NCBI RefSeq assembly: GCF_004010195.1 | Contig: NC_057719.1 | Location: forward strand, 78,973,678 to 79,037,677 | Length of the DNA: 64,000 nucleotides | From: Chiloscyllium plagiosum | Lineage: Eukaryota | Reading direction: 5' to 3' | Part shown: piece by piece, positions 1 through 11,492 of the stretch | Layout of the letters: every line of letters begins with the position of its first letter | How positions within the stretch are numbered: the first letter of the stretch is position 1 | Program-made: the position numbers and the translations under genes | The notes under the pieces: generated by a model | Told to the model about the DNA's origin: nothing | Seen by the model: the letters and a program-made list of their open reading frames with translations, nothing else | Database searches by the model: none

Positions 1-160
1 TCCTCCACATCTGTATATAGAGGGGGTGCTGATTCCAGCTTTTCTGTTTCCCGTAACTGCTCAGCTTGTTCTTTTGCAGCTTTCCTAGTCACTACAGGTG
101 CCTGACAAGCTACCTTCAGTTCCTCACCCTCTTTCCTGAAAAGTTTCAGTATTTCCATCT
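1..160 (-). pseudogene. gag: Retroviral gag N-terminal (MA/late-domain region) fragment, inverted relative to pol/env
   Basis: My translation of the minus strand is open to the window edge: MEILKLFRKEGEELKVACQAPVVTRKAAKEQAEQLRETEKLESAPPLYTDVE. SAPPLY resembles PSAP/PPxY late domains, and ILKLFRKEGE resembles fish-ERV Gag as recalled. Confidence 0.6.
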
Positions 161-1595
161 GATGAGTCTCAGGATGAGGTGTTAGAGAGGCAGTGGCAGC
201 AGGAACTCACTGCTCCACAACATTTGAGAAGTGAAGCAATAGTATTTGGGGAGCAGGGAGTGATCCTGCAAATAGAAAGACATGTGTTCCTGGAAAAGAG
301 TACCACATGTAATCTTTCTGGTAAATAAAGGATATCAATCTAAAGACTTAGGACCTATGGCCAGGCATGTAAAAACAATCAGGGAATGGCATATGCTCAC
401 AACAGGGGTTTGGGAATCTGGGATGGTAGCTATATTAAAATCCTAGCATGCTGCAACATGACAGGAAATCTGAAGGAAGTCAAGGTAACACCCCAGTGGA
501 GTATGCCAGTGACAGTGGAGGAAAGTGATCAATATGGTAATGAGCAATTGGATGCATTACCAGCCACTTTGTGGTCACAGCATGATACAGATCTGGGGAG
601 AGTGAAATCAGCTAGCCCAGGGGAAATAAGGTTGAAACCAGGAGCTAGGACAGGAGTGAAATTTCTGACAAATGAAGTTATCCTAAGGTTAGTTATAACA
701 TCGGAAATTAGTTCAGACAATGGGTTTGCCTTAATTCAGAAAGTAATTAAGTTGGTGCTGCAATCTTTGAGAATCAAACAGAGGTTTGGGTGCATGTATC
801 ATCCCAGTCACAGGGTATGGTGGAAAGGATTAATGGGATATTGAAAGCCAAATTAAACAAGATCTGCACAAGCACCAACCTTAATTGGGTTAATGCGCTG
901 CCGCTGGCACTAATGAGTTATCGCATGCAGACTAATTGCATGACCAATCTAACACCGCATGAGATGCTCACAGGTAGACCTATGCCAGTGCCCAGGTGGA
1001 AAGGCCCATATGAAGGGCCTAGCTTGGAGCGGTTAAGCTTAGAACTTAAGCAATATATGCAGCAGCTAACTGTGATACATGAGACTATCCACCTGCAGGA
1101 AACACAAAGGGAACCGACCCCTCTCAAAGAGGAAGGACCTGTTACACCCAGAGATTGGGTGTACGTGCGGGTTTTTCAAAGATGCTGGAATGAGCCGAGG
1201 AGAGAGGGACCTTTCGTAGAGACTAAAGCATTATCTACCGCCAACCAAGTGGAAGGATGACATATATGATACCACCTTAATCATTGTACTAAAGCTCTTC
1301 CACCAGCACAAACTAACTCTAACACTGAGGTAAGTGGAACTGAGGCTGAAGAACCTGGAAATGGGCAGGGCTCACAGGAGGCTAGTACCCCTCAGCAGGG
1401 TTCCGAACAAGGTACAGGTGAAGTTCTTGGGGATACTGATCATTCCAGAAATGATTGTGATGGAGATGTGGAGCATAGTTCTCCTGGCAGCGAGGATGGG
1501 GAAGACATGGGGATGCCCATGATACCCCACGTTTCTGATGCCAGGCCTGCATACTCAGACTTGGAGACCATTAATTTGGCAGACCTGGACTGGTA
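161..1595 (+). pseudogene. pol: Retroviral pol remnant: 2H-like inter-domain segment, RT N-terminal edge, large deletion, integrase core/C-terminus and acidic tail
   Basis: LWSQHDTDLGRVKSASPGEIRLKPGA (start of RT) is joined to VKFLTNEVI...ISSDNG...YHP/QSQGMVERINGILKAKLNK...WVNALPLAL...TPHEMLTGRPMP...EGPF...YHLNHC (integrase). Frameshifts near 298, 420 and 805; stops near 1258-1270. Confidence 0.9.
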
Positions 1596-3049
1596 ATGCC
1601 AAGGTCATTCAGGCTGGGAGACAAAGACGTATTAGAAGTGCAGACTTTGCTGCCCTAACATGGGTACGTGCCCGTGACAACAATTGGTATCAATGGGCAA
1701 ACTATACGGCCATAATGATGGCTAGACAGGACTGTTTCTTGTGTACTAGTACCCCTCATACTATGTTGTGCCTATGCCCAAAAACCCGACCACTTGTACT
1801 CAATGCCATTTGCAGCCCTCTAGCCGACCTCTTAATCCGGATGATTCATCAACTTACAGGCAATCTCATTGCCCGTTTTGGTGCCTCCTACTTCAGGTCT
1901 CTACGTTCTATCAGCAGGATGATGTGGGTGACAGCAACTCCAACGATGGTGTGGCTACCAGTAAGACTAATTACATGTTCCCCCTAGTTGCTTTCAGGAT
2001 ACAGAAAGGGTTGAGTTTTGAATGCTTGAAGCGAAATGGCTCCACACCAGTCGGCTATTTTAAGGGTCATTGTGGGAATACGATTGAACTCAAAGTGGAC
2101 ACCACATTTGGGACTGTTTTAAATTCTCAACGCGTCCCACTGGCAGATATTTGGTGGCTGTGTGGTTAAAAAAGGAGGGTTGCACCTGGCGCTGCCCGCT
2201 GACTGGAGTGGCAGCTGTGCCTGTGTAATGCTCCTACACGAGGTAGTTATATCGCTACACACGCAGCTTGATGCTACCTCACAGTCAGCTTTGCACCGAA
2301 CTAAGCAACGGTATGTCCCTGATCCGACAATTCGGATTGATAGCAGAGGACAGCCAAGAGGTATTCCTAATGAGTTTAAGGCCCGCAATGAGATTGCCGC
2401 AGGCTGGAAGGCTCTCATCCCAGTGATAGGGGTTAGCAAGAATGCTGAATGGATTAATTACATTTATTATAACCAGCAGAGATTTATCAATTATACTGAT
2501 GATGCCCTTGTGGCCTTGGGAGAGTAATTGGATGCTATGACTAAAATGACATGGCAAAACAGACAGGCCTTAGATTGGATACTGGCAGAAAAAGGTGGGG
2601 TTTGTGTGATGTTTGGGGAGCATTGCTGTATCTTTATAGCTAACAACACTAGCCCTGGGGGATCTTTTACTAAAGCCACAGAAAAACTATAGAATCTAAG
2701 ACAGGAGCTAAAAGACAATGCGGGGTTTGGTCATCAGGCTTTTGATTGGCGGAATAATATATTAGGGTCTTGGGGAGCATGGTTTGTCAAGATTGGTCTT
2801 ATTGTAGGTGTGGTTTTGCTTGTTGTTGTCTTCATCGTTTGTTGTGCTTTACCTTTTATTAAGTCCTTTTTAGTTCGCGTCACGACACAGCAACTTGTGG
2901 TCATTTCAGCTACCCCAAAAAGTGTTTACTCCTCTGATGGAACTCCACCGCTCTATTATTATGATCTGACAACCGCCACGGTGCAAGGAATATGTCCACG
3001 TGGGGAAGTTGATGATACTTCTGAAGAATGCGTGGGTCCTAGATTGTAA
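1334..3049 (+). pseudogene. env: Retroviral env pseudogene (gamma-type SU/TM)
   Basis: SU motifs NNWYQWANYTA...DCFLC (CXXC), IWWLCG and LPADWSGSCA. TM motifs RGIPNEFKARNEIAAG, WINYIYYNQQRFINYT, ISD-like TWQNRQALDWILAEKGG, CVMFGEHCC (CX6CC) and a hydrophobic anchor. In-frame stops at 1520-1522, 2525-2527 and 2690-2692, plus frameshifts. Start position uncertain. Confidence 0.92.
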
Positions 3050-3258
3050 GGGATCTTGGGTCTTTTTTCCTGTTCTGGTTTTTGGAGGACAGGTTTTGGC
3101 CCAAGGGACCCCAGGAAAGGAGGAAGAAACCTTTAAGTCTCAGACTCTAAAAATTGTTTAGTCCGTGTTGGGACCTACATTGTTTGTATTGGGCACAAGA
3201 GACACTGAGCTTAGTGTCTTCTTTCTCTGGGTGAGACCAGTAGGTCTCAATGGGGGAA

Positions 3259-3915
3259 TATGGAAAATAAAGAACATGGAAGCATGGGAACAGTTAAAGC
3301 ATGAAGACCACTGGCAATCTGTGGTCTGTGGAAGGCAAGATGGGATAAGCATAGTGAAACGCTCTTACACCAATTAGCAGAGTAAGGTTAAGGCTGAAAG
3401 GTCACTATGGCAAGATGAGATAACACAAGTAATAAAGCAAGTTTCTCTGTTAAGTGTTATTATGACAAGATTGGGACAATAAATATTTGGGACATGACAT
3501 TAAAATATCTAATTAATAGTTCGTAGAGTCAGCTTGAGACAGGAGACTATTATAACAGATGGAATAGCTAAATATCTATCATGACAGGTTAGTCTGCAAT
3601 GGAAGATCACTGTAGCAGAGTTAGCAATAAATATCTAACCATGACATTAGAATAACATTAAGTAGAATGTACAACTATAGAGATAATGGGAACTAACATC
3701 ATTGGTTTATTGTGTTGCTAGAGTGAGGTACTTTGATTAATATAGTTGGACATGCTGATAACAGTAACATGATAAAAAAAAATCCAGGGACCCTGAGGTT
3801 CGTGGGCATTTGAGAATCTGCTTTCTCAGTGTCATGGTTTTTTGTTTGTAAACAAAAGACCTACTTCTTGAAGAACTCTCTGCATCTCCTGGTGATTCTC
3901 TATATTTTCTCCACA
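3259..3915 (+). repeat. 3' LTR of the ERV
   Basis: Follows the purine run GGGGGAA (3252-3258). Starts TATGGAAAATA and ends TATTTTCTCCACA (imperfect terminal inverted repeat, ending CA). Internal repeats of AAATAT...CATGACA in the U3-like part. Confidence 0.7.
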
Positions 3916-3919
3916 ACAA

Positions 3920-4577
3920 CTTGTGCCAAGGGATTGTGTATGAGTCGCTTTGGTCAGTAGCTGAACAACTTGGGGTTGTTTACAAGGTACATGTTAATAA
4001 GGCATCAGACCTCTACCAATTGAGGGACTCTCTCTGTTTTCTGAAGTAAGAGCCACTTTAGAGGCGAAGAAAACCAGTTTATTTTCCCTAGGTATTTGCT
4101 GCAAGCTCTGAATTTTAATTGATAAGGTAGATAGAGACCTTTAACAAGTGAACCAGCCACCCTGTACCTTTTGCAAACCAGTGGAAACAATGCAGAGAAG
4201 GATGACCAAGAAGGAGCATTTCAAACAGCACAAGAATCATCTCAGAAACCACTGAACTGCTTTCTCTCCATCTGTAACACCCATGTTTTTTCTGTCCCTG
4301 TTTTTTGTGCAATAACGTGTTTATAAAGGGATTTAAAGTATCAATTAGTAGTGTGATGTGCTAGAGGTTCATAATTGTTTACCTGTAACTGCAGTGTAAT
4401 TGTTCATGACCATTAATAATTTTTGTTAAGTATCAAAACATGATGCATGCTTTCTGTCAACATTGGTCTAAAAGAGAGGTATATTGGCAAATATAGCATG
4501 TTTTAAAAAAAAAATTGTAAAAACTCTGGGGATTAGCAGGTCTTGATTGATACTGTGGTACCCAGTGAGACATAACA
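3920..4577 (+). mobile_element. LTR-like repeat (partial), related to 19890-20818
   Basis: Shares CAGCACAAGAATCAT, AACCACTGAA, TTCATAA.TGTTTAC and a CCCAGTGA...CATRACA end with 20440-20818. Confidence 0.5.
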
Positions 4578-4738
4578 GCACACTTCCAGATTTGCTTCAC
4601 AAAAGGTTTAATCATTACTGTGGGATGTGGGAAAAATAGTGTTAGTTCTGCAATTCCATTTACTTATACAAAGTAAATGAACTCACACCAGTGTGTAATT
4701 GTTTTAGCCAAGAGCTGAGTCAGCAAGAATGGAAACTA

Positions 4739-5360
4739 TGTGGAGAAAATACATAATTGTTTTTGTATTAGCTAAAATTGTATGTCAGCATGAAATGTGA
4801 CTGCAAAACAATTGTAGATATTACAGGCGAATAGATAAGATGCTGTGAGGGGAGGAAGTTAAGCTAGATACGCCTGTACAAACAGTAGGTATAAACATCT
4901 GTACATCTGTTTCCCACTTTTACAGAAACACAGGAACAAACCCCAATTAAAAGGGTCATAAGGATCAGTATGGTAGAGGAAGGTACAGAGGGAGGGAGTA
5001 GATAATGATGAAGAAAGAATATGCCTAACAATGACCTACAGCGGGATGAGGTCAAATGGCCTTGTGAGGCCAGAAATAAGCATTTTGTCACAGATAAGGC
5101 CGGATAAGGCAAGAGATAAACAGGAGTAATGGGTGCCGGTCTTAGGGAAGTGGAAGATGTAAACAGGGGAGGAGCAATGTAAAACAAAAGAAACCAAATT
5201 ATATAAATATTGTGTATTAATTGAATTTGGGGTGTGTATGTCCCTTGCCTTATAGACACTGGACATCACACCCTCTTGCAAGAATAAAATAAGGGACACT
5301 ACTGATTCAGATTTTGTCTCGGACTGCAATTATTGAAGTGTGTGAGCTTTGTTTCTCACA
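4739..5360 (+). mobile_element. Solo LTR, probably ERV-derived
   Basis: TGTGGAGAAAATA...GTTTCTCACA (TG...CA ends) with AATAAA at about 5283. Its 5' terminus is the reverse complement of the 3' end of the LTR at 3903-3915. No clear TSD. Confidence 0.6.
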
Positions 5361-5389
5361 TTACTGACCTTTTAACCAGAGCTCATGAC

Positions 5390-5715
5390 TGAATGGTATT
5401 ATTGCTGGACTGTTAACCCGCAAATGTTCTGAGGACCTGGCTTCAAATCCCACTATGGCAAATGACGGAATTTGAATTCAATGAAAATGAAGTCTGGAAT
5501 TAAAAGTCTAATGATGACCATGAGTCCATTGGGAAAACAAAACCCATTGGTTCACTAATGTCCTTTAGGAGAGGAAATCTGTCATCCTTACCTGGTCTGG
5601 CCTACATGTGACTCCAGACCCACAGCAATGTGGTTGATTCTTAACTGCTCCCTGGGCAATTAGGGATGGGTATTAGAAGCTGGCCTAGCTAGCAATGCCT
5701 TTCTCCCATGAAGAA
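5390..5715 (+). mobile_element. tRNA-derived SINE whose 3' tail matches the CR1/L2-type LINE family at 38690-40890
   Basis: B-box-like GGCTTCAAATCC, body GGTTCACTAATGTCCTTTAGG..., tail GGCAATTAGGGATGGG...GCTGGCCTAGCTAGCAATGCC. Confidence 0.65.
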
Positions 5716-5859
5716 TTTTCTAAAAATAATTTGCTACAGGAATTTACTCAGAATGAGGAACAGCAAAGCACGAATCAGTGGAGACTTAGGTGACAAGTAT
5801 CAGTTGTATCTCAATGGTAGCGTCAATGCCATTCTTGCTTCTGATGAATGAAAATGTTG

Positions 5860-6210
5860 TCAGTGCAAGCCCAACTCTAGAGATTTGGGTTTATAATCCA
5901 GAATGGGACTCCCAGTGCAAAGCTGAGAGAGTGCTGAGCTGTTTTTGGTGCCGTCTTTCAGTTAAACAGAGACCCCTTTTCTTTGACTCTCTCAGGAGGA
6001 CGCATAGGATCCCATGGCCCTATTTTAAGAAGCGAGAAAGGTTTCTCCTCAGTTTGCTGACTGTCGCCCACCATCATTACAATAGATTATCAGCTCATCG
6101 TCACATGCTTGTGAGACCTGGCCATGCTCAGATTGGCAATTGTTCCTGACTTTACAACAATGACGGTTATTTTGAAATTGTGGAATGTGCTATACAAATG
6201 CAGGTTCATT
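5860..6210 (+). mobile_element. Deu-domain SINE (SacSINE1-like), degenerate. Related copies at about 13380-13810(-), 36230-36500(+), 41010-41230(-), 48180-48400(-), 55090-55335(+) and 55560-55925(-)
   Basis: GGTGCCGTCTTTCAG...TAAAC.GAG.CCC...CTCTCAGG.GGACG...GATCCCATGGC.CTATTT resembles the Deu core as recalled; tail GTGCTATACAAATGCA. Confidence 0.6.
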
Positions 6211-6721
6211 CTTGCAATGTTTCATTTGAGAATGGCATTAGTGCCCCATGAGAAAAAAGTGGGAGGACATCTAGTGGAGCAAATGCATATGGCAATTTCC
6301 CATTGTTCCCTTACAGGAAGATACCTTGAGTTGTCTTTCCTTAGCTAAAGGAACATGAGGTCTTCTGTCATCTCCAATTAAATCTAATCCCTCTGTTGTT
6401 CAAAGTTGTCCTCTCCTGAGTATTTAACTCCTCACTCTAGTCATACTTTGGAACTTATTTCACTTCAGATAGTATTACAATGGAGTTTGTGGAATCAGCT
6501 GCTATTTGGAGGTACAGAGAGCTTATCGGCCTTCTCCACTCTTGATCATCACCCAGGACTCCTGATAAAAATGCACATGCATGAATGTGAGCAGAGATTA
6601 CAATTGAACTCTGACTATTGACACAAAGTGAAAAGTAATGCCCATTTGAATGAAATACAAGTAGGTGCTTCTTATGTCAAGGGGTCATCACCTTCAGAGG
6701 AAAGCTAGATCTTTGTTTCAT

Positions 6722-8020
6722 CATAGAAACGGACAGCACGGAAACAGACCCTTTGGTCCAACCCGTCCATGCCGACCAGATATCCTAAATTAATCTAGAC
6801 CCATGTGCCAGCATTTGGCCCATATCCCGCTAAACCCTTCCTATTCATATATCCATAAATGTTGTAATTGTACCAGCCTCCACCACTTCCTCTTGCAACT
6901 CATTCCATACACGCAGCACCCTCTGCGTGAAAAAGTTGCCCTTAGGTCCCTTTTAAATCTTTCCCCATTGTCCTCTAGTTTTGGACTCCCCAACCCTGGG
7001 GAAACGATCTTGATTATTCACCCTATCCATGCCCCTCATGATTTTGTAAACATCTATAAGGTCACCCCCCAGCCTCCGACGCTCCAGGGAGAACAGCCCC
7101 AGCCTGTTCAGCCTCTCCCCATAGCTCAAATCCTCCAACCCTGGCAACATCCTGGTAATCTTTTCTGAACCCTTTCAAATTTAACAACATCCCTCCTTTA
7201 GAATGGAGACAAGAATTGAATGCAGCATTCTAAAAGTAGCCAAATCAGTATCCTGTGCAGCCATAGAGTCATAGAGTCACAGAGATGTACAACACGGAAA
7301 CAGACCCTTTGGTCCAACTTGTCCATGCCGACCAGATATCCTAACTTAATCTCGACACATTTGCCAGCATTTGGTCCATATCCCTCCAAACCCTTCCTGT
7401 TCATATACCCATCCCGATGCCTTTTATATGCTATAATTGAACCGGCCTCCACCATTTCCTCTGGCAGCTTATTCCGCACATGCACCACCCTCTGCGTGAA
7501 AAAGTTGCCCGTTAGGTCCCTTTTAAATCTGCCCCCTCTCACCTTAAACCTATGCTTTCTATTCTGGACTCCCCCACCCCAGGGAAAAGACCTTCTCTAT
7601 CTACCCTATTATGCCCCTCAGGATTTTATAAATCTCTATAAGGTCACCCCTCAGCCTCCAACGCTCCAGGGAGAACAGCCCTAGCCTATTCAGCCCTAGC
7701 CTATTCAGCTCAAATCCTCCAACCCTGGCAACATCGTTGTAAATCTTTTCTGATCCCTTTCAAGTTTCACAACAACCTTTCGACAGGAAGGAGACCAGAA
7801 TTGCATACAGTATTCCAAAAGTCGCCTAACCAATGTCCTGTACAGCCACAACATGACCGCCCAATGCGCTACAGTCAATGCACTGACAAATAAGGGCAGG
7901 CATGCTAAATACCTTCTTCACCACCCTGTATACCTGCGACTGCACTTTCAAGGAACTATGAATGTGCATGTGAAGTTCTCTTCATTTGGCAAGTATCCCC
8001 AGGACCTTACCATTAAATGA
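6722..8020 (-). mobile_element. Two adjacent or nested CR1 (HER1-like) LINE 3' fragments (about 6722-7261 and 7262-8020)
   Basis: Minus ORFs MLPGLEDLSYGERLNRLGLFSLERRRL and RGGRFKRDLTGNFFTQRVVHV are the CR1 ORF2 C-terminus; (CATAGAGT)n-type tail. Confidence 0.9.
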
Positions 8021-9064
8021 ATTAGTCCCAGGGATCTGAGTGTTCAGACTTTCCTCTTCTGGGTTCCTCACCTTTAAATGCAATCCTTTTCTCAATACTT
8101 CACTCCAGCATGTGTGAAATTGTTCTGTAAGGGATGCTCTGTATTTGATAGATGGAGTGTGGCTGCCTGGTTGTTTCATGCCAGATTTCCAAGACTGTCT
8201 GGGGCTCAATGAAATTTCTATGCCCTGACAGCAGTTCCAGTCCTCCCCCTTCTGTGGCCTTCCTTCACCTGGGTCAAACTCTCTCGCCACAAAAAATTGG
8301 CGCTCTTCCCTCCCTAACCTGATTTCTACAAAGCCTCATGTGTTGAACCTAGACTCCTGATGGTTGCAATTAAAATAAGTCATGAAAGATTGGTTGATAG
8401 GAAATCTTAATTTATTTGAAGGTAGCCAATGAAGACATGGTAAACATGCCACTGTGCTTGAGTGAGTAATAGAAACTTTGGAACAGGAGGAAACTATTCA
8501 ACACTTTGAGCTTGTTCCTCTAGTCAGCGAGATCATGGTTTAATTTATGTCTAGGCTCCATTTACCAAGCTTTGGTCCACATCTCCTAATGCTTTGCCCA
8601 ACAGAATTCTCTTGTTCTATCTGTATTGTAAGTTCCAATTGTCGCACAGGGTCCAACCCTGTTTGCGGAAGAGAGTTACACATTTCCGTTATTTGGAAAA
8701 GCTCTACCTAATTTTGCTGGTGAAAAGCCAGGGGGGGAGGTCTCCAAAATGGAACATATTTATTTCTTGTCGTCAGAAGCCAACAACATTGTCAGTCTGC
8801 GTACAACAATTTGTTGCATAGATTTGCATGATATGACAGAAAACAATCTGATCACTATATTCACAGAGGTATTTCCATCTTGATTCCCAGTCAAAACTCC
8901 AGATATCTGTGAAGTTTTCAATGGAACCATAGAATGGTATGACTGCCATTTAATCCAGTCAGATAATTCAGTGTAATGGAAACCCCATCACTTCCAAGTC
9001 CTCCCTGAGTCATACAGCATGGAAGGTTTACACGTGCTGTCACTCATTCATTATCATTGTTGAG

Positions 9065-9445
9065 TCAGAGTCGTGCAGCACGGAAACAGAGCCTTCGGTC
9101 CAACCAGTTCACGCCGACCATAATCCCAAACTAAATTAGTCCTACCTGCCTCCTCCTCGTCCATAACTTTCCAAACCTTTCCTATTCACGGACTTATCCA
9201 AATGCCTTCCAAACATTGTAATTACCCCCACACCCACTTCCTCAGGAAGTTAATTCCACATGCGAGCCACCCTCTATATAAAAAATTTGCTCCCCATGTC
9301 TTTTTCAAATCTTTCTCCTCTCACTTTAATTATCCATCCCCTAGCCATGAAATTCCACATGCTCAGAAAAAGCCAACTACTCTATGTATTCCTTTTATTA
9401 TTTTATAAACTTCTATAAAGTCACCTCTCAACCTCCTATGCTCCA
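9065..9445 (-). mobile_element. CR1 LINE 3' fragment
   Basis: Same tail and body as the 6722-8020 copies. Confidence 0.8.
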
Positions 9446-10164
9446 ATCATCACTGAGTCAGAATTCTAGATCTCCCAGCACTGTAGCAGTTCAAAGTGGC
9501 AGCTTCCCATCAGTTTCTTGAAGATAGTTAAGGGTAAAAATGTTGGCCTTGCCGATGATGCCCATGCCTCAAAGATGAAATACACAACCAAAAGAAAATG
9601 ACATGCCCAGTTTTAAAAATACATGGAGAGGAGCACTCACGAAACTGGCTAATGCATTTCACTGCTACGTCATAAGGAATTTACTAGCCTGTTGTCTGTT
9701 TTCTTTGCCCCATGTACCAAGTGGTTCTTGTTTGGTAAGGGTCTGGGAGCAGATGTCCTTCCCTATCACCTACCCTGCCAGCAGAGGCCCACAGCTCCAT
9801 TAGTTGGGAGTGGCACTGGGAGGTGATCTCCTGGCAGTACTGCACTCAGATCATTGCTGGCCAGTGGGGAATTCACGGGCTCAGTGACCGTTGATGGTGA
9901 GTAAGGAGGTCACAGGGTGGGTGCTACAGAAGGGAGGGGGGGTGTCCTCTGAGCAGGTGACTCCCCCCCACCCCACCCACTTCCTGCTACCTTTGAATGA
10001 GAGACCCTAAAGTGTAAAGAGTTCATAATCATATGTAAATAAGATAATCTATATTATTAATGATATAAGAACACATGAGTATCAGAATTAATCTGTCTGG
10101 AAGCCTCATGTAAAGCCTTGTCAAATTTTGTAGATTTATGAGGTACCGAAATGTAATGGGTCTT

Positions 10165-10678
10165 ACAGTAAAAGCTGTTCAGAGAGCGTTCACTCTGATG
10201 ATCCCTGATATGGAGGGATTGTCATATGAACAAATGCTAAACAGGTTGGGACTGTACTCACTGGAGTTCAGACGAATGAGTCGAGACCTCATTGAAACAA
10301 GGGAGATTCTTAAAAGATTTGACACTCGAAATGCTGAGAGGATGTTTCCCATCATGGGAGAGTCTAAGACCAGAGGATACTGTCTTGTAGTAAAGGAGTA
10401 CCACTTAAAAACTGAGGCGAGGATGAATTTTGTCTCTGAGGGCTGTGGATCTTTGGACCTCTTTGTGACAGACAGCTGAGGGGGCAGAGTCCTTGTGTAT
10501 ATTTAAGGCTGAGAATAGTTAGATTCTTGATCAGCAGGGGAATCAAGGACTATAGGGAAAGTGCAGGAAAGTAGACACAAGGCATATTGAATCAGCCAAG
10601 ATCCTATTGAATGGTAGAACAGGGCTTGAGGGGCCAAGTGGCCGACTTATATTCCTATTTCTTTTGGTCTTATGGTCT
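10165..10678 (+). mobile_element. CR1 LINE 3' fragment
   Basis: ORF VQRAFTLMIPDMEGLSYEQMLNRLGLYSLEFRRM. Confidence 0.85.
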
Positions 10679-11043
10679 AATAGGGAGAGATGAGGAGAGA
10701 GAAAGATAGAGAGGGGGAGAGGGAGGATCTGGGGCAGCAAGCCCCATCTTCTGGAGTTTCCCTACATCAGCCCAATGGAGCAAACAAAGATTGTTATCGC
10801 CAAAAGCCTGTATGACGTCAGGGATAAACACTCCACCACTTCAAAACTGCCGCTGTCTGCTCATCCATTTTACAGTCTCAGGATTACTGAAGTGTTCTCA
10901 GCTGCCGTGGCTGTATATTTTCTTTGCGTAATTAAGTGAGGAATCATATCTAAACTGCTTCTTCTTCACAATTGCGAGAAACTATCAGAAACGTGTTACA
11001 ATTCGATTGTCGACTTCCTATTTTTAGGTAACTGATACCACAG

Positions 11044-11122
11044 GGAGAAAGTGAGGACTGCAGATGACGGAGATCCAAGGATGCTGCCTGACCGGCTGCG
11101 CTTTTCCAGCACCACACTTTTC
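11044..11122. mobile_element. Short Penelope-derived terminal fragment with flanking direct repeat
   Basis: GGAGAAAGTGAGGACTGCAGATG joined to an inverted GATGCTGCCTGACC...CCAGCACCACAC; flanked by AACTGATACCACAG / AACTGTTATCACAG. Confidence 0.7.
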
Positions 11123-11204
11123 AACTGTTATCACAGACCTCCCGCCCTAAAATCAATAATGTTGTCTGGTATGTCTTAAAATATTCATTTTAGGGGAGAA
11201 TTAT

Positions 11205-11492
11205 TTTCAGTAAGAGAGTCCAACACTAGAGGACACAGGTTTAAGGTGAGAGGGGAAAGATTTAAAAGAGGCCTAAAGGGCAACTTTTTCACACAGAGGG
11301 TGGTGCGTGTATGGAATGAGCTGCCAGGTACAATTGCAACATTTAAAAGGCATCTGAATGGGTACATGAATAGGAAGGGTTTAGAGGGATATGGGCCAAA
11401 TGCTGGCAAATGGGACTAGATTACGCTGGGATATCTGACCAGCGTGGATGAGTTGGACCGCTGTATGTCGGCTGTACAGCTCTATGACTCTA
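11205..11492 (+). mobile_element. CR1 LINE 3' fragment
   Basis: TTTAAGGTGAGAGGGGAAAGATTT...TTTTTCACACAGAGGGTGGT...CTATGACTCTA tail. Confidence 0.85.

Larger units (their letters stand above)
1..3915 (+). mobile_element. Decayed, internally rearranged endogenous retrovirus (fish epsilon/gamma-like class I ERV); 5' part runs off the window
   Basis: Contains gag-like, pol (RT N-terminal edge, integrase SDNG...VERING) and env (CX6CC, ISD-like segment) remnants, followed by a polypurine tract and an LTR ending in CA. Multiple stops and frameshifts. Confidence 0.92.

Noticed and set aside
1334..3049. Domesticated (syncytin-like) env
   Set aside because: Several in-frame stops and frameshifts.
3165..3377. 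70-aa ORF after env as a retroviral accessory gene
   Set aside because: Non-ATG start, runs across the PPT into the LTR, no recognisable motif.
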